From Lama glama (Eukaryota): a stretch of 64,000 bases of DNA. Numbering within the stretch: position 1 is the stretch's first letter; each line of letters starts with the position of its first letter. The notes under the pieces were generated by a model. It saw only the letters and a list, made by a program, of their open reading frames with translations, did no database searches and was not told the DNA's origin. The DNA lies in assembly GCA_028534125.1 (NCBI GenBank), contig CM052816.1, forward strand, positions 70,062,001 through 70,126,000. The letters are read 5' to 3'. The position numbers and the translations under genes are program-made. Shown here piece by piece: positions 12,040-26,569 of the stretch.

Positions 12040-14280
12040 ACTTTTAATTTTCTTATAATAGTTAAAATAATCCTACCTGCTGTAACAAATAAACCCTAAA
12101 TTTGCAGTGGCAAATCATCATGGTAAAAGTTTATTTCTCACATATCAGTAAAATAAGGTGTTCCCAGTCAGACCAGGGACCCAGGCTCTACCCTTCCCAA
12201 GGTCCTTGGAGAACTTTGCCTTCAATAAGGAGATGAGAAAAGGTACCACACAGATGATGTGGAAAGTTTTTAATGGATTAGACTTGGAAGTGGCATACAT
12301 CACTTCTATCCACATTCCGTTGGCCATAATTCAGTCACATAGTCACACTTAACTGCAAGGGGAATTCTGGAAATAAGGAGCATATCTGTGTGCTTTGGTT
12401 AGCACAGAAAGGTCTCTACCACAGTCTGGTCATCTGATCATCAGGTATCTTTTCTCTTTTCTCCTTACATTTAGAAAACACTCATTCCCTTCCCAAGGAA
12501 GACAAATCAAAGCTATGAGACACCACAACCAGATGAAGTTTACATTGATGTCCCAATGGGTAGCCTACCAATGTGAACTAAAAAGGTTAGTTTTACGTCC
12601 CCCACTGCCATCAATGTATCTGCTCGAATTACAGTGATAGAATAAGATAGATAACTGCAATAAGCCCTCCTACTCAGGAAGGGAAAGAATTAGAGACACA
12701 CAGCCATCAGTACTCTTCTCGGCTTTGAAATTCTATTGAGCAGGCAGTGTGAAGGTCCTTACCTTGATTAGACCCTGAGTCTTCTCCCTGATAGGAAGCC
12801 CCTTTTCCATTGCTCTCTGTCGTTCCTAGACCCTGCCCTCTGGGAGGTACTTCCTTGTCTAATACTGTCCACAGATACAACCAAAGTGTGCCCTTCTTGG
12901 GAACTGCCCGTTTTTACTGCTTGCTTCCAACATGCAAGTTTGTGCTTTTAATTGTGTTAGATAGCTCAATCCCTTCAAAATCATGGTAGATTTCTGGCTG
13001 ATGTGTTTTTTACTCAGGTCCATGTGTCAGTAACTACACCTAAAGGTCTTTCTTTGTCTTAACTCTTAAGCTTTTTTTTTTTTTGTCTCCTTGCCTCTTA
13101 TGATAAACAGTGTTCCAGTTAAATGCAGCTACTGAGTGACCCAAGCTGATTCCTTGTGGAGCACAGATAAGATATCCCTCTGACCTATTCTGCAACTGTG
13201 CAACATGAGTAGATAAATGATTATGTTTTAATCTACTAAGTTTGGGATTGTTACACAGCAATAGATAACTTGCAATGCAATGCATTTTTTTTTTCTCCTG
13301 ACTAGCCAACTACCTTCAGGGCACCTGGACTTTGCCTTGAAAGACCACATCTGCTATCTGATTTTTGCCTCAGAATGGGTCATATTAGTACTATTAATAT
13401 TTAGGCAGAATTAAGAGGCATAAAGTATGACTTGTGAACAAATTAGAATATATAGTTGCTTTATAGCCCTTTTTTGCTCAAAATCTCTTTTTTCAGTCTT
13501 TTTTCCTATTCCATAGGGTTTAGAAGCAGTCTACTTTTCCAGTCCTTCGAGGAACTAAATTTATCCCTTCCTCTCTGTTTGGAAACTGTGATCCTTTTCT
13601 GAGGACATCAGTTTCTATGATAGCTTGCTGAAAGCAATTATCCTTACTTTTCCCAGTCACTTCTACTAGCTCTAGAGGCCCCGAGGTTACATGGTCTTCC
13701 TTTAAGCTATCATTGGAGACAGTTTTACCATGTGTTTTGCTTCTAGGTATCATGATTCTCTGTCTTTCCAGCCCCCAATATCAGTTTCTTCCTTGCTTGA
13801 TGCTCAACCACTTAACCAATGTCACAAATGTGAGGTTGTTATTTTCAGCCATACTCTACTTCCAATATGAAATGTGCGATGGCTTAAAAAATAATAAAAA
13901 TTTATTTCTCACTCACATAAAGTCCAATGAAAGTATTCTTGACTGGTGGGGAGTTTTCCTCTAAGCAGTGTTTCTGGAATGGAGGCTGATTCTATCTTGT
14001 GGGTCTGTCTTCTTCATCATAAGTTGTCAAAGTCATCATGTTCTGAGTCAGGCTGGCAGTAGAGAAATGGCATAAAAGATCATTTTATGGGCCATGCCTG
14101 GGAGTGAATCACATCCTATTAGCTAAATTCATCCTACAGCTGAAGCACAGTCAAATAATTACACCTAACTGCAAGGATGGCAGGGATGTGTCGTCTAGCT
14201 GTTTGCCCCAAGGGGGAATAAGGAAAAAAAAAAGAAACAGGCTTTTGAAAAGCCAGGCAGTTTCTGCTATACCAGATTAC
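12040..14280. mobile_element. MaLR (MLT1) LTR and internal-region remnants
   Basis: gctgtaacaaataaaccc, gtttatttctcacat, cacttctatccacattccgttggcc...cacacttaactgcaagg. A similar LTR unit recurs at about 13870-14270. Confidence 0.6.
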
Positions 14281-17200
14281 AAAGTGGCAAGATATTCACA
14301 GTTTTCAGTTTTTTATCCTTTAGGAATAAAGACAAATTTATGGATAATGTATAGATCAATAGTCTGAAAAACACTGTGCATTGGACTTTGGGGTGTATTT
14401 TCTCTCTGTTTGAATATGTATGTGGCTCATATTCTTGGAATACCCTCTAACCATACAACATGCACTATGTAGATTTCATTCCTGCAAGGCTGAGAAACTG
14501 ATCAGTTTTGTTATCTAGTCTCCCCTGCTCAGCTCTTCCTTTGGAACTACTGACATACTAAAGTGTATCATCTTTCATATCTTTTTGGAGTTGAATGTGC
14601 TATTTCACTAAGTTTCCTTATTGGTTTGCAGGCTAACTGTAGAATAAGAATGACATAATAAAATAAATAACTAGTCAGTATAGAATCAGAAATCATCTAG
14701 TCCACTCCCTTAATTTTCAAATGACTGTTTTGTGCTTATTCTACTATATTATCTGTGGGTGCTGGTAGTCAGTAAGCATGAAACAAATTTTTTAAGAAAT
14801 GCAAAAGAAATATCAGTGCAGGTAATAAAGATTTGACCATAGAAAATAAAATCAGATCTGTAAACATTTTTATAGTTAATTCAGTTTCGAAAACTTGCTT
14901 TCTAATTCTGCCACCATTATTTGTAGAATTCTTAAAAATAGAGATGATAAAAACTGTGGACAGTTTATAGACTACACTTGTCTTTTTAAACTCTTAAAAT
15001 CGAATCATGGGAGAAATCTAGCAATTTTGTTTGCTGAGTCTTCTCTTTTTTCTCATTGCTTGGGAGTTTCACTAAGACTGTTCCTCCATTCAGGCATTAA
15101 AGAATTGGACAAGAGTCAATAGATTATATTACCAGAAGGAATATTAATTTCTGGAAGACATCAAGATTCCAAAGCTTGCCTTGAAATCATCAGTTAGTCA
15201 CGTGGCCCAATGGCAACAATTGAGGAACGCAGGATGGAGCTATCCCATGCCACTAAAAGGCTTAGCATACTAATGGCCCTTTGACACTACCAGCCATTCA
15301 GAAATCAGACTTTGTCATGCTGAAGAATAGACCACTCACCCCCAACAGGAAGCATTGGGGAGGCAAACGTGACAGTAATTCCCTGTCAGATAAAACTGAG
15401 GTATTGTTTTGGATTCCATCATATGTGAAAAGAATTACCCAGTCATAATATAAAAAATTCTTTCTTTACCTGTTAGTCACTCCATATTAGAGTTAAGTAT
15501 CTGTGACAGGTTAAGGTTAACAACTTTGAGAATCTAAGTGTTTTTGAACAGGTTGCGGAGATTGGGATCCGGCCACCTGCTGTATTTTGATAGTCTAAGT
15601 ATTACTAAAGATTACAAATACAGCTATCAAAGAGAAAAACTAGCCAAGACGCAAATATTTCTACCTTTTCTTAGCTAGAAGACAGAAGATAGTGTGAGAA
15701 AATAAAGCAAAGTAGGGAATAATCTGCTTTAGAGTTATTTTTCTCTGTATTTACATAGCTTTAGATGACCTCGTATTGACATGCAACAAAACACTAGAAA
15801 CAATTCAGTGGAAAGCCAGCATAAAACCCCAGTAATGGTCCATGGAGACTCGGGGAGGTGGGGAACTCACACATTAACACATCAAAACTAATTTGAAGAG
15901 GATTTAATTGATCCGTGGTCTGTCAAAGGAAGACTTCAGCTCGTAAATTACAAGTGGTTGTCTGCTCATTACCTTTTTTCTTTTGAAAATACGGTGAAGA
16001 GATATAATCTTAGTGTTTTATCTGTTTATATTTATGCATTATTTCCCACCTTAACTATGTGTTCCGTACCTTATTTTGCCCAATTATTGTTTGTTTGAAT
16101 GATTTTTCAAAGGGGGAAATATTTATTTCAGGGAGATTATCTCTTGTTCTGTGAAAGAGGAAAAAACAGGTTCAAATCAGGGAGACTTCATCAAAGAGAC
16201 TTGTAATCCCTATTGTGTCTGTGTATTCTTCCCATCAGTTTAGAGAATGTGATAAATATCTCTTTGAATCAAGCACCGGCATTTACTTTTTCTGGATCCA
16301 ATATTTTAAATGTGGTGCAAAAATAAGATATTCAGATACAGTAATTTACTACATTGAGTTGCTTTTTAATGTAAAAAACTAAATGTAATTCTTTTTAAAA
16401 TGCCTCTTTTTGTTAGAAGTAAGCATTTTGCTATAATTTTCATTTTACAACACTATGTTTAAGGGAGGAAAGAAAAATAAAATAAGATCATTCTTTGTGA
16501 TCCAGCACGTTTCACTGAACTCAAGAAATGAATAATTGCAAAAGAAAAAGAAGCCTTTTAAAGTTTCATTTAACACTGGAAAGCTTCCCCAGACCTTGTC
16601 AGCTCCAGCAACATTCTCTTGTAAAAAGACATTATTTTAGAATTTTGAACAGTAACTGCTTTACAACAATATAGAATTCATTTTTCTTGATTGCTCAGTC
16701 ACCAAAAATTCGAAAAAGATTTATTGTTAAATTGTAATTTGGTTATCCTGATCCTCTTGCCAAGTTTTCACATGGTTTTAGTTTCATTTCATCAGTTGGT
16801 ATCTTTATTACTTCATGCCTCTCTCTTACTAAGATACACTGGGTAATTATATTTTTCCTTTGTAAACAAGAAGAATGATAAATAAATTTGGAATTATTAA
16901 ATACTTATTAAAACTTTTTCTTTTCTTAATTTCAAGGATTGTCAGAACAATTTTCTTAAGAGAGAAAAATTGCACGTTTTAAAGGATAACATTATTATCC
17001 AGAGGAGAAGTACATATTATAAATTTTGCTTTGTGGTCCTGGAAGAGGAGGAAAAAAGCACTTTATTTTAAAATTAAATTTGATATTGTGATTTATGAAC
17101 ACCTGGGGCTTATTCATTTTCTAATAAGCATCTGTAAACATTTTAAATTTTACAAAACATAGACAGCAAAGAAACAATAGAATACTAATAAGATTATTAC

Positions 17201-20200
17201 ACACATAAAACCTTTTTAAGCAAAAACTTTATTTCAGCTTTACTCCTTATTTTTTGATGTGCTGAAATGAGTACTTAGTAAATATGTCTCACTTTACCTT
17301 ACTAGTCCATATTTTACTTTTTAAAATACTATTTTAGTCTTTAGGACTTGAATGTTAAGGAGAATTGGTTAAATGAACAATATTTTTTAAAGTAACAGTC
17401 TGATCCAATACATTCTCTGACATTCTCATCACTTGTTTTCTTTCCCAGTTCTGTGATTTCTATTGAGTGCTGAGACACCTTGGGCAAAATCAGAGCCTTA
17501 TTTCACAAGAGAAACTGGTCTGTCAGTGATACTGATTTTACACCCTTTGCACTTTCTAGACTGACTTTCTTTTCTACTGCCCCAACCCCTCAGCCCACCA
17601 GGCACTCAGGTAAAACCACTGGAAAAAATGTGACCAGCTTTTTCTTGAAGCATCATTTTTACTCTAGGATCAATACATTTTTAAAGCCTCATTTTGTATT
17701 AAAATTACAGCTGTATTATGGATACAATGCAAACTTCTCATAAGTTTTTAGATCAAATGTATGACTTTAATTAAATTTCTAGATTATGAAGGCCTTCCAA
17801 ATTCTTCTTACCACAGTTAGGGTGTTCAAGTAGAAAAGGGTGAAAAACACTGAATTAACACACAAAAATATGCAATCTTTTTTCTCCCCCTAACTTTATG
17901 GTAATGCACATATTCACCATTATCTTCAATGTGTTTTCCTCATTAAATTCTTCTATCGCTGAAAAACCCAGGGTTCTAAAGCCAAGGCTTTGGACTAGAG
18001 AAGACATGGAACAGAAGAATGAACTCTGTTGTGATCCAAATTGAGTGATGAATGGTATTTCCATAATATTGCATCACTGAGTCACATGTAGGGAATTGAC
18101 AATGTTTATCTTTTCTTTTTTTCTTTTCCTTTGAAAAAAAGTGAAAGTATTTGTCTACTTCTAAATATATTTGTTTGGGGGAAAAAACAATATAGAAAAA
18201 GAAAGAACTAAAATTCACCTTGGGTCTTACCATTCTGAGATTAACCCTGCTGATTTAACAAAATGTGTATTCAATGCTCACTGTATGACAGAGACATCTT
18301 TCTATATGTACACACAAATATACACATGCTTACATATATACACACACAATTCCACATGAATAGGGACATATCATATATGCCATTTTATTATTTGCTTTTT
18401 AATAATAAAAATATCACAGACAATAAATATGTCTAGATTATCATTTCTCAGAGTTGTCTAGTATTTCTCCATGCAGTGCTTGACTAGTAACATAACTATT
18501 ATTCTTATGGCCATTCTTCATTTCTTATCTCTGCACCAATCTCTTAAGACCAAAACTTTCTCAAGTTTACTATAAAAATGATTATTTCTGTCATTTAACA
18601 ATTTTTTGACCGAAGAAAGCAAAAGGCAGCCTTGTACATATTTATGAGTTGAAAACCTGTCTTTACCAACTCCATCAAATAACAGGTTATTTGCAAAGCA
18701 AGCCTCTGTAAGTAAGTTCCCTGTTTATAACAGAGTCATTCCCTTTGAAAGATGTCTTTCAGAACTGTAACCACTGTCCTGAGAATGAATACACCTAACT
18801 GGATCTTAATTCTCGGGATAATTGCACAACTTCAGCAAGTCTTTCTTGGTTATTCTTGTCCTTTTCTTTGTGCTTCATCTTCTCATGGAGTTAGTCACCC
18901 AAACCGAATTTCCTCTGGGGAAACTGTATGCACATTTTCTGCATAATCTCTTGAGGAGGTTAAAGGCTTTAAGGATCTTTGTACATAATGGAAGAGGAGA
19001 GTCCTTTGACTACAATTGTCTTAATCCTTAAAATGTTTTGTGTGTCCTGAATGGGGAAGCCATCATTTCTTCTAAGGCTTCCTGAGACGGGATCTGCAAG
19101 ACACTTGCTTCTCGGTGATTTTATTGAGTAATGTGTTGAATAGATGAAGTTAATAATTACTAAATAAGCACATGCTAAAGAAAGTCTCTTTAACTATATT
19201 TTAAGGTTACTTGGTGCCTTCAGGTTGCATTTACCGGTATGTGATAACATTTCACAAAAAAAAAAGGCACTTGCCTTGTTGAACTAAGTGATTTCTTCAG
19301 TTGATGATGCATGTAGTTTCATTACTTCTAGCTGGATTTGGCACATTAAAAATCTTTTTATTGGAGGGGGAGATTTTTTTTCATGATATTTTGCATATAG
19401 ATAGCCTTTTGCTTAATAATTATTTTGTTACCAGTATCTTGATCTTAAGCCAGAGTTCATACAGGAGACTCTTACTAAGAAATCATATAATAATTTTGTG
19501 TTGTATGTAGCTAGATTTAACAAGGAATCAAAGGAACAGTCTCTCCTTTGTTTCTTTAATTGTTCCCAAAAGAAAATTCTTATACTCACTTCTCTCTTCT
19601 AGTTACTTAACTTGCAGAACTTTGTCAAATATAATTGATATATTTAAGAACATGGAAGCCCAATGGAGACACTGGATTTCTCTTTCTAGAACACTTTTTG
19701 AAATAGAGAGAACTTTAGATTTCCCTAGAGCAGCTACTTGCCTTTAGGTGATAAAATGAGCAAAGTGACTTCTCGGGTCCCCTTTAGTCTCGTAACAAGG
19801 TGGTCCTAGCAGCCATACCAGCTTCATCATCTCTCTCTTACTTTTAATTTTTTCCAGAGAGAAATGAACCCTGCCGCATTTGAGTGTATAACCCCAAATC
19901 TCAGAAGTCTGATTTCCAGAATCCATTTTTTATTTTCTTGCTTTGACTCCTGAGGTATAGCCAAATAGGCTTTTAAATATTTTGGAAAGTAATTCGCAAA
20001 TCTTCTATGGCTAGTCATTTATTCCTTCCTTGTGAATTAAACTGTAATTCAAATTTCATATGATTAAACTTGAAAATGGACTTAAATGATTATTAAAGTA
20101 ATACACTCATCACAAAACATTTAAAAATCATAGACAAGTTTAAATAAGAATGCTCATGTTACCATCCAGAGAGAACTATGACAGGCATTTGATGCATTTT

Positions 20201-20482
20201 TTTCTAGTCTTTTCTCCATATGTATAATAAAGGTTTATACATACATAAATTTGAATCTTCTGTTTGTCCATATTTAAACATATTTGTCTAAGACAGTTTC
20301 CTAGATGTGAGATTACTAGATAAGATTATGAATATTTTAATGGTCTTAATTCACACTGTCACATTGTTTCAGAGTTGTACCAATTTATAGCCCCACCATC
20401 TGTGGAGATGTATGCATCTTATTTTTTGTCTCTTGTTTGCATTAAGTGTTCATTCTATTTAAAGACTTGCTAATTTGATGGG

Positions 20483-20926
20483 TGTAGGGGGCTGAATGGT
20501 GGCCTCACCAACAGATACATTTACATCCTAATATTCAGAGTCTGTGAGTAAAAGATGTGATTAAGTTAAAGCTTTTGAGAGATTTTATCCTGGGTTATCT
20601 AGGTGGGCGCTAAATGTAATCACGTGTATTTTTATGAGCGTGGCAGAGGAAGTTTTGATGCAGACACATAGAAAAGAAGACCATGTGAAGACAGAGGCAG
20701 AGTTGGGAGTGGCGTGGACACAAGCCCAAGGATGCCACACCAGCGGTCCTCACAAGAGGGAAGAGGTAAGGGACAGATTTTCCCTGAAGTCTCCAGAGGG
20801 AATGTGGCCCTGCTAACACCTTGATTTCAGACTTCTGGCCTCCAGGACTGTGAGAGAATAAATTGCTACTGTTTTAAGTCACCAAGTTGTGGGGATTTGT
20901 TATAGAAGCTGCAGGAAACGAATACA
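20483..20926 (+). mobile_element. MLT1 (MLT1C/D-like) solo LTR inserted in an old L1 fragment
   Basis: TG...CA ends, ccatgtgaagacagaggcagag, gacttctggcctccaggactgtgagagaataaa; degenerate 5-bp TSD atggg/acagg. Confidence 0.85.
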
Positions 20927-21029
20927 ACAGGCCAACATTTTATTTCAATGTTGCTTTAACCTGCGTTTCTCTCACCAGACATGTGGCTACTTCAATTTTT
21001 ATTTATTTATTTAATAATAAGTTTGGATG

Positions 21030-21550
21030 ATAGGAGAGAAACCAGTTTGGAGTCTGCTGTGATATTTAGAAGAGAAAAATGCCCCAGCCTGAGATAAGAT
21101 AGTGGAGTGAGGATGGAGAGAACAGATTGAAGAGATGGTTAAAGTTTAAAAAGACGAGGCTTAGTGATTGCATAAGGTTGTGGAGAAGGAGATGAGGATA
21201 ATGGACAATGGGGTGGGTGGATGACTGTGCCCTTTACTGAGATAGAAAATGCTGGAGGGGAAGAAGCAAGTTTGGAGGAAAGGTAAAGAATTCAGTTAGG
21301 GTGACTTAAGGTGCCTGCAAGACATGCAAGTGACAGAGATCTCAGCCAACCGTGCATTTGTAAGTCACCAGCATTTTGAAGCTATCGACATGTGTGAGAC
21401 TTTTCTAGATGGAGTGTTCAGGATACAAGACAAACAAGGCCTGGGCTCAAACCCTGAGGAACAACATAAGTGGATGGCCAGAGAAAGAGAATCCTTCAAA
21501 TATGATTGAAAAGAATTTGAGAGAGTAACAGGGAAGAATCAGAAAAGACT
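21030..21550 (-). mobile_element. L2 fragment
   Basis: Purine-rich L2 reverse-strand signature (tgtgccctttactgagatagaaaatgctggagg...). Confidence 0.55.
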
Positions 21551-21554
21551 GGTT

Positions 21555-22212
21555 TTTTTTTAAACACCTTTATTATGGTATGATTCCTGTACTGTAAACT
21601 ACACATATTTCAAATGTACAATTTGATGAATTTTGATAGACATAGACACCAATGAAACCACCACCCCAATCAAGATAGCTAACATTTCCATTAATCCCCA
21701 AGAGGTACAAATTTAGAACTCCCAATTTATTCCTTCCCACTAGTTTTACCCACTGGTAACTGTAAGTTTGTTCTCTATGTCTGCGAGTCTGTTTCTATTT
21801 TGTAAATAAATTCATTGATGTCTTTTTTTTTTTTTTTAGATTCTACATATAAGCGATATCATATAGTTTTTTCTTTCTCTTTCTGACTTACTTCACTTAG
21901 AATGACAATCTCCAGGTTCATCCATATTGCTGTAAATGGCATTATTTTATTCATTTTTATGGCTGAGTAGTATTCTATTTGTGTGTGTGTGTGTGTGTAT
22001 GTGTGTTTGTGTATACACCACATCATCTTTATCCAGTCATCTGTCAATGGACATTTGGGTTGTTTCCATGTCTTGACTATTGTAAATAGTGCTGCCATGA
22101 ACACTGAGGTATATGTGTCTTTTTGAATTATATTTTCCTTTGGATATATGCTCAACTGTGGGATTGCTGGATCATATAGTAAATCTATATTTTAGTTTTT
22201 TGAGGAATCTGA
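21555..22212 (-). mobile_element. L1 LINE 3' portion (ORF2 C-terminus + 3'UTR), 5'-truncated
   Basis: ORF 21859-22155 (FMAALFTIVKTWKQPKCPLTDDWIKMMW..EYYSAIK..WMNLEIVILSEVSQKEK) matches the L1 ORF2 C-terminus and downstream consensus. Confidence 0.92.
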
Positions 22213-23569
22213 AGACTGATTTTTAAGGACAGAGTGATCAATTGCATTGAGCTGACAGATTCCAGCTTTTAGCACCTCCCAAATCTGCCTCAGTTTTCAG
22301 AATGAGGCCAAGCTCTTCCTGAACAGCTCACAGCCAACGATGGAGCATGCCAAGGGCACTGAGTAAATTAAGGACATTTCTATTCAGCACAGGGCTCCTT
22401 TAAGGACCAGTTTTTGCCCCAGGACTTCTTATTGGATTAACCAAGAATTTTTCAGATTTGCATCATCATCTGAAGGCCTTCCATGCCCAAATTGTGCTCT
22501 CTCCCCCTTTTGTATTTCTCAGGTGCTGTTCCCAAATAAACCTCTTGCACTGTTCACTCTATCCACTTCTTTCATTATGACCTTGCACGGGAATATTCCG
22601 TGGAATTCTATAAATTAGAGGAAGTTGGGAGTAAATACCCAGTAAAGTTCAAGACTCTTAATGGTGAAGAGGAAGAGCAAGACTAGAAGCTGGAGCCAAC
22701 AGAGACTTCAATTGAAGAACGGACGAGCGTGAAATGTTTCAATCTGGTAGCTTGGAGTGAGTAGAAAGGGTGATAGTCCTAGACCTGTCAGAAAAGGGAG
22801 AAGATGGAATCCTGAGCTTAAAGGCCAAAGGAATCAAGGTGAGACAAAAGGAGCAAAAGGAGAAATCACTCTTCCATTGTGAGAGGAGAGAAGGAAGAAA
22901 GGATGTGCTTGTGGGTTGGCAGATGTAGTAGCAGGTGAGACCATCTGCTGAGAGGGAGAGAAGAGGTGATAGAGTGAGTGTCTGTGGACAGGAGAGAGAG
23001 ATGTTTGACGTAGCTGGAGTGTAGAAGGATTAATGGGGAAACACTAGAAGCATTCCAACCTAAGCCAGGACTAGATAGAAGTATTCACTATTACCATTTG
23101 TATCAGCAAGGGATAGATGACGCACTCAGTTACAGACATTGAAAGAAAAGGGTAACAGAGGGGCTGTTGAAAAAGGTTTGGGCAGCATATAAGGGGCATT
23201 GGAAGATTTAGGGCAACAGCCCAGGAATGGTGACCCAAGGCACTATTACCACTCCCAGAATGGAAGTGGGGAAAAAGAGGGAACAGTTACTGGAACTCAG
23301 AGACTTGGAAAGCTGAGTGGAGAGGCTGGCTTTCAGAAGCAGGGACTCTTGATAGAATGAGAGACACAGCCATTCAAATGGACCCACAAGTGGGGAGCTG
23401 GGAGAATACTTAGACCTCACTGTTCCTTATCCTTTCCTTTACTTAGTTGGCTAAACCCAACTAGAAGCCAGAGAGCAAATGAATCTGTGTTGTAGTTCCT
23501 AACAGAGTAGCCTCTTGGTCATAGAGCATAGTGCAGAAGCGTGAACTTGGAGGATTATATACTTATCAC

Positions 23570-25130
23570 ATATTCAAATATAGTATAAAGCTACCAAAAA
23601 AGAAAAACAGTATTATTGGCTCAGCAATAGGTTTATAGAAAAAGCTGGTGAGTCTAGAAATAGAACCAAGTTAATACATGGCATTTATTACATGGTAAAG
23701 GTATATTCAAACCAGTGGAACAAAAGATGGATTATTTATCTAATATATTTTAACAGTTGGCTAATGATTTAGAGAAGATAAGTTAAATCCTTACCTTTAG
23801 ATCCCTATAAACTTAAAGATAAATCAATGATTTAAATGTAAAAGAACTTTAAGAAAACATAAGTGTATATATTTATATTTTGTTATTTGGAAATTATCAC
23901 AAAAACTGGAAACCACATTAAAATTTAAAATATCTTTATGGCAAAGAATAACATAAACAAGCTGAAAGATGCCTAAAAAATTAGGAAAAAATCATAACAC
24001 ATGTCAAAAAATTGACAGTCATACAAATGAATAAATCTATAAAAATAATAATTCAGTAGAAAAAAAATCAGTGATAGGTTTTAACAGGCCAATGATACAT
24101 GAAGAAACACATTGGTAAATAAATATAAAAATATTTTCATCTGTATTAATAATCAGACACGTAGCTAAAACAATTGAGAAATATAATTTCCACACCTATA
24201 AAGTTGTAAAATATTGAAAAGACTCATTGTTGTAGGAAGTGAAGGAAACCAGACCCTCTTATTTACTGTGGGCATATAAGTAAATATAACTTCCCTATAA
24301 GGCACTTTGACACAATGTATCAAAATATAAAATGTATATAGCTTTTGACCACCAGCCTCAGTTTTAGAATTTATCCTGTGAACGAAAAATACTGCAAACC
24401 ATTTTAGAAAACAAAGAATGCTGAAACCATCAAGTCATCAGCGGCTGCTGCCACCCCCCAGTGAAGACAAGCCTGCAGCCCAGCCTCTGCAGCCACTCAC
24501 AATGGTGCACTCTGAGGGGACAGTATAACAAAGGACAAGACACTGGCCCTAGATAGCTAAGTGCTTGTCAAAGGAATGAATTCAATGAGCCCAAATGTTT
24601 GCTTCCTCCCATACATAGAATAGCACTAAATTTTTTAACTTGAGATGCCTGGTTTTCTTTAGATAACAAGTCATCTTTTATTGTTCCAACTACCTGGTCT
24701 TTCTTGTAAAGCTCCTGTATATCCTAGCTCCTCCCCTACCTCTTCGGAGCAGTCCCTCAGAGCCATCTGAAAGGCTGTCATCCCAGCTCGAGTCCTCCCG
24801 CCACATAAAATGTAACTCTCAACTTTTAAGCTGTGCCTTTATTTCAGTCGACAGTTTCAAGGAGTAATTGCACAAAAGCAAAATGTTGTATCTGTTAGGA
24901 TGTCCATTCTGGCTTTGTTTATTTTTGCCCCCTCCCAATTCACTAATATGATACTGGACAAAAAAATTAAGATACGATCCTATGGTGGAATACTCTGTGG
25001 TCATTAAAATTAGCATATGTTTCTAAATTCATGTGAAAATATACCCACAAGATCCTACCAGTGAAAAAGACAGCACGTAAAGAACAATCTCATTTATTTA
25101 AAAATGACTACTAAGCATAGAAATCTTGAA
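23570..25130 (+). mobile_element. Old L1M ORF2 remnants, interrupted by an LTR
   Basis: tataaagctac...gagtctagaaatagaacc, ttttgaccaccagc...tagaatttatcc, tggaatactctgtggtcattaaaa. Confidence 0.65.
24377..24853 (+). mobile_element. ERV-type solo LTR nested in L1
   Basis: Abrupt compositional change, TG...CA ends, TATA-like ctgtatat and cataaaa near the 3' end; L1 sequence resumes on both sides. Confidence 0.65.
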
Positions 25131-25189
25131 GGAGAACTAATAAAATGGCCACATTTAGGCTAACAGATTGTTTATTTTTATGCTTACTC

Positions 25190-25688
25190 TTGAAACAGTC
25201 AACTGATCTGACTGACCGGTTGCCTGTTGTTAAAATAAAGCTATTAATTTTACTGTTTCTGCTTTATTCCAGTAACCAAAAGTAATAGCCATACTTGGTT
25301 TCTGAGTTGTTCCCCAGAAAGATCGCAAACTGTAACCTTACAAAACAGGCTAAATACAAAGAAGACCACGCCTTGGGCGCTTACGAGATAAAGAGATCGG
25401 AAAAGCACACCCGCTAGCCTCTATAGAGTTAGCTGCCTGGAGGCATCATGACACCACTCCAGGTCTTACAAGAAAATGATTCTGGTGATTGTTTATTGTT
25501 TGAGCTCTGGCTATATAACCACCCTACCCCATCCCCAAGGTGGGTTCACGGTTTTGAAGGCGCTAGCCTGCTGTGAGCCCCTTTGCCCAGCAAAGTAATA
25601 AAGTTGTCTCTTTTCTTCTAAGCTCTCAGACCCTGTCTCTGAGTTGCAATTTGGCTCGTCAGGGATGGGGACCGATCTTTTGGCAACA
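25190..25688 (+). mobile_element. ERV-type solo LTR, CpG-retaining (5' boundary uncertain)
   Basis: TATA ctatataa at about 25511, aataaa at about 25597, terminal ...ttttggcaaca. Confidence 0.65.
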
Positions 25689-26569
25689 GTCTGGAATTAC
25701 AGGATCTAAAAAGAGAGTCACAAAATTGTTTGCAGCCGTTAGCATTAGCTGTTGGTATTTTGGCTGCTTTTTTTTTCTTATTTGGATTTTTCTGTGCTGT
25801 TTGAATTTTTTAATTTTATTTTTGAATTTTTAAAGTGATACATGTAATTTTACAAAATATTTATAAATACAGCCTCTTTTTAACATACAATAAAGGAAGA
25901 AATGAAATAGTTTATGTGAAGACTAGAAGCAATTGTTATATAGGAGTTGCAGGATTTCAGCAAATTATTGACAGCCCAGGTAAAACAGGAAATCATGTAT
26001 TTATGTCCCCGATGTTAGGGATGATGTGGTATGTTCCAGTAGAGCTCACTGGCTCTATAATCTGTCTCCTAAATGCTCTCCTTTGAATACCAAGAGCCAA
26101 TCTTATGAACTCAGATTACAGAATTTTACTGTAACCCATAATGTAAAGAGTATGCAGAACAGATGGGAATGAGCTTTCAGACAGGAAGAGGAAAGAGAAA
26201 AGTTTATATGATAAGAGAAAAGAAGGCAGATTAGGAGGGTTGCAAGTGGAGAGAAGATAAGCATAACTGAATCCCGGAATAGGAATTTGGCAAGCCATCA
26301 TTCTGGACCTTGGGCAAAGGAGGGAGTGGGGAGAGAACAGTAACCCCAGATAGCTTGAGCAGGAATCTGAGAACATCCAGGCTTGTAGTCTGCCTCATAT
26401 CTCTGTCAGAGCTCTGGAATGGTAAATCAGCAAGGGCAGTGGGAGTATTCCAGAGCTGTGGGTCTGGGATACAGTATTATTCAAAGCCCATGACCTTCGT
26501 ATGCTACTCAGTGGTAGGAAGCAGAGATGCTGCAAGGACTGTACACATCCTACACGTAGTTCCAGTGAA

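Noticed and set aside
21859..22155. 98-aa ORF as a host gene
   Set aside because: It is an L1 ORF2 C-terminal remnant.
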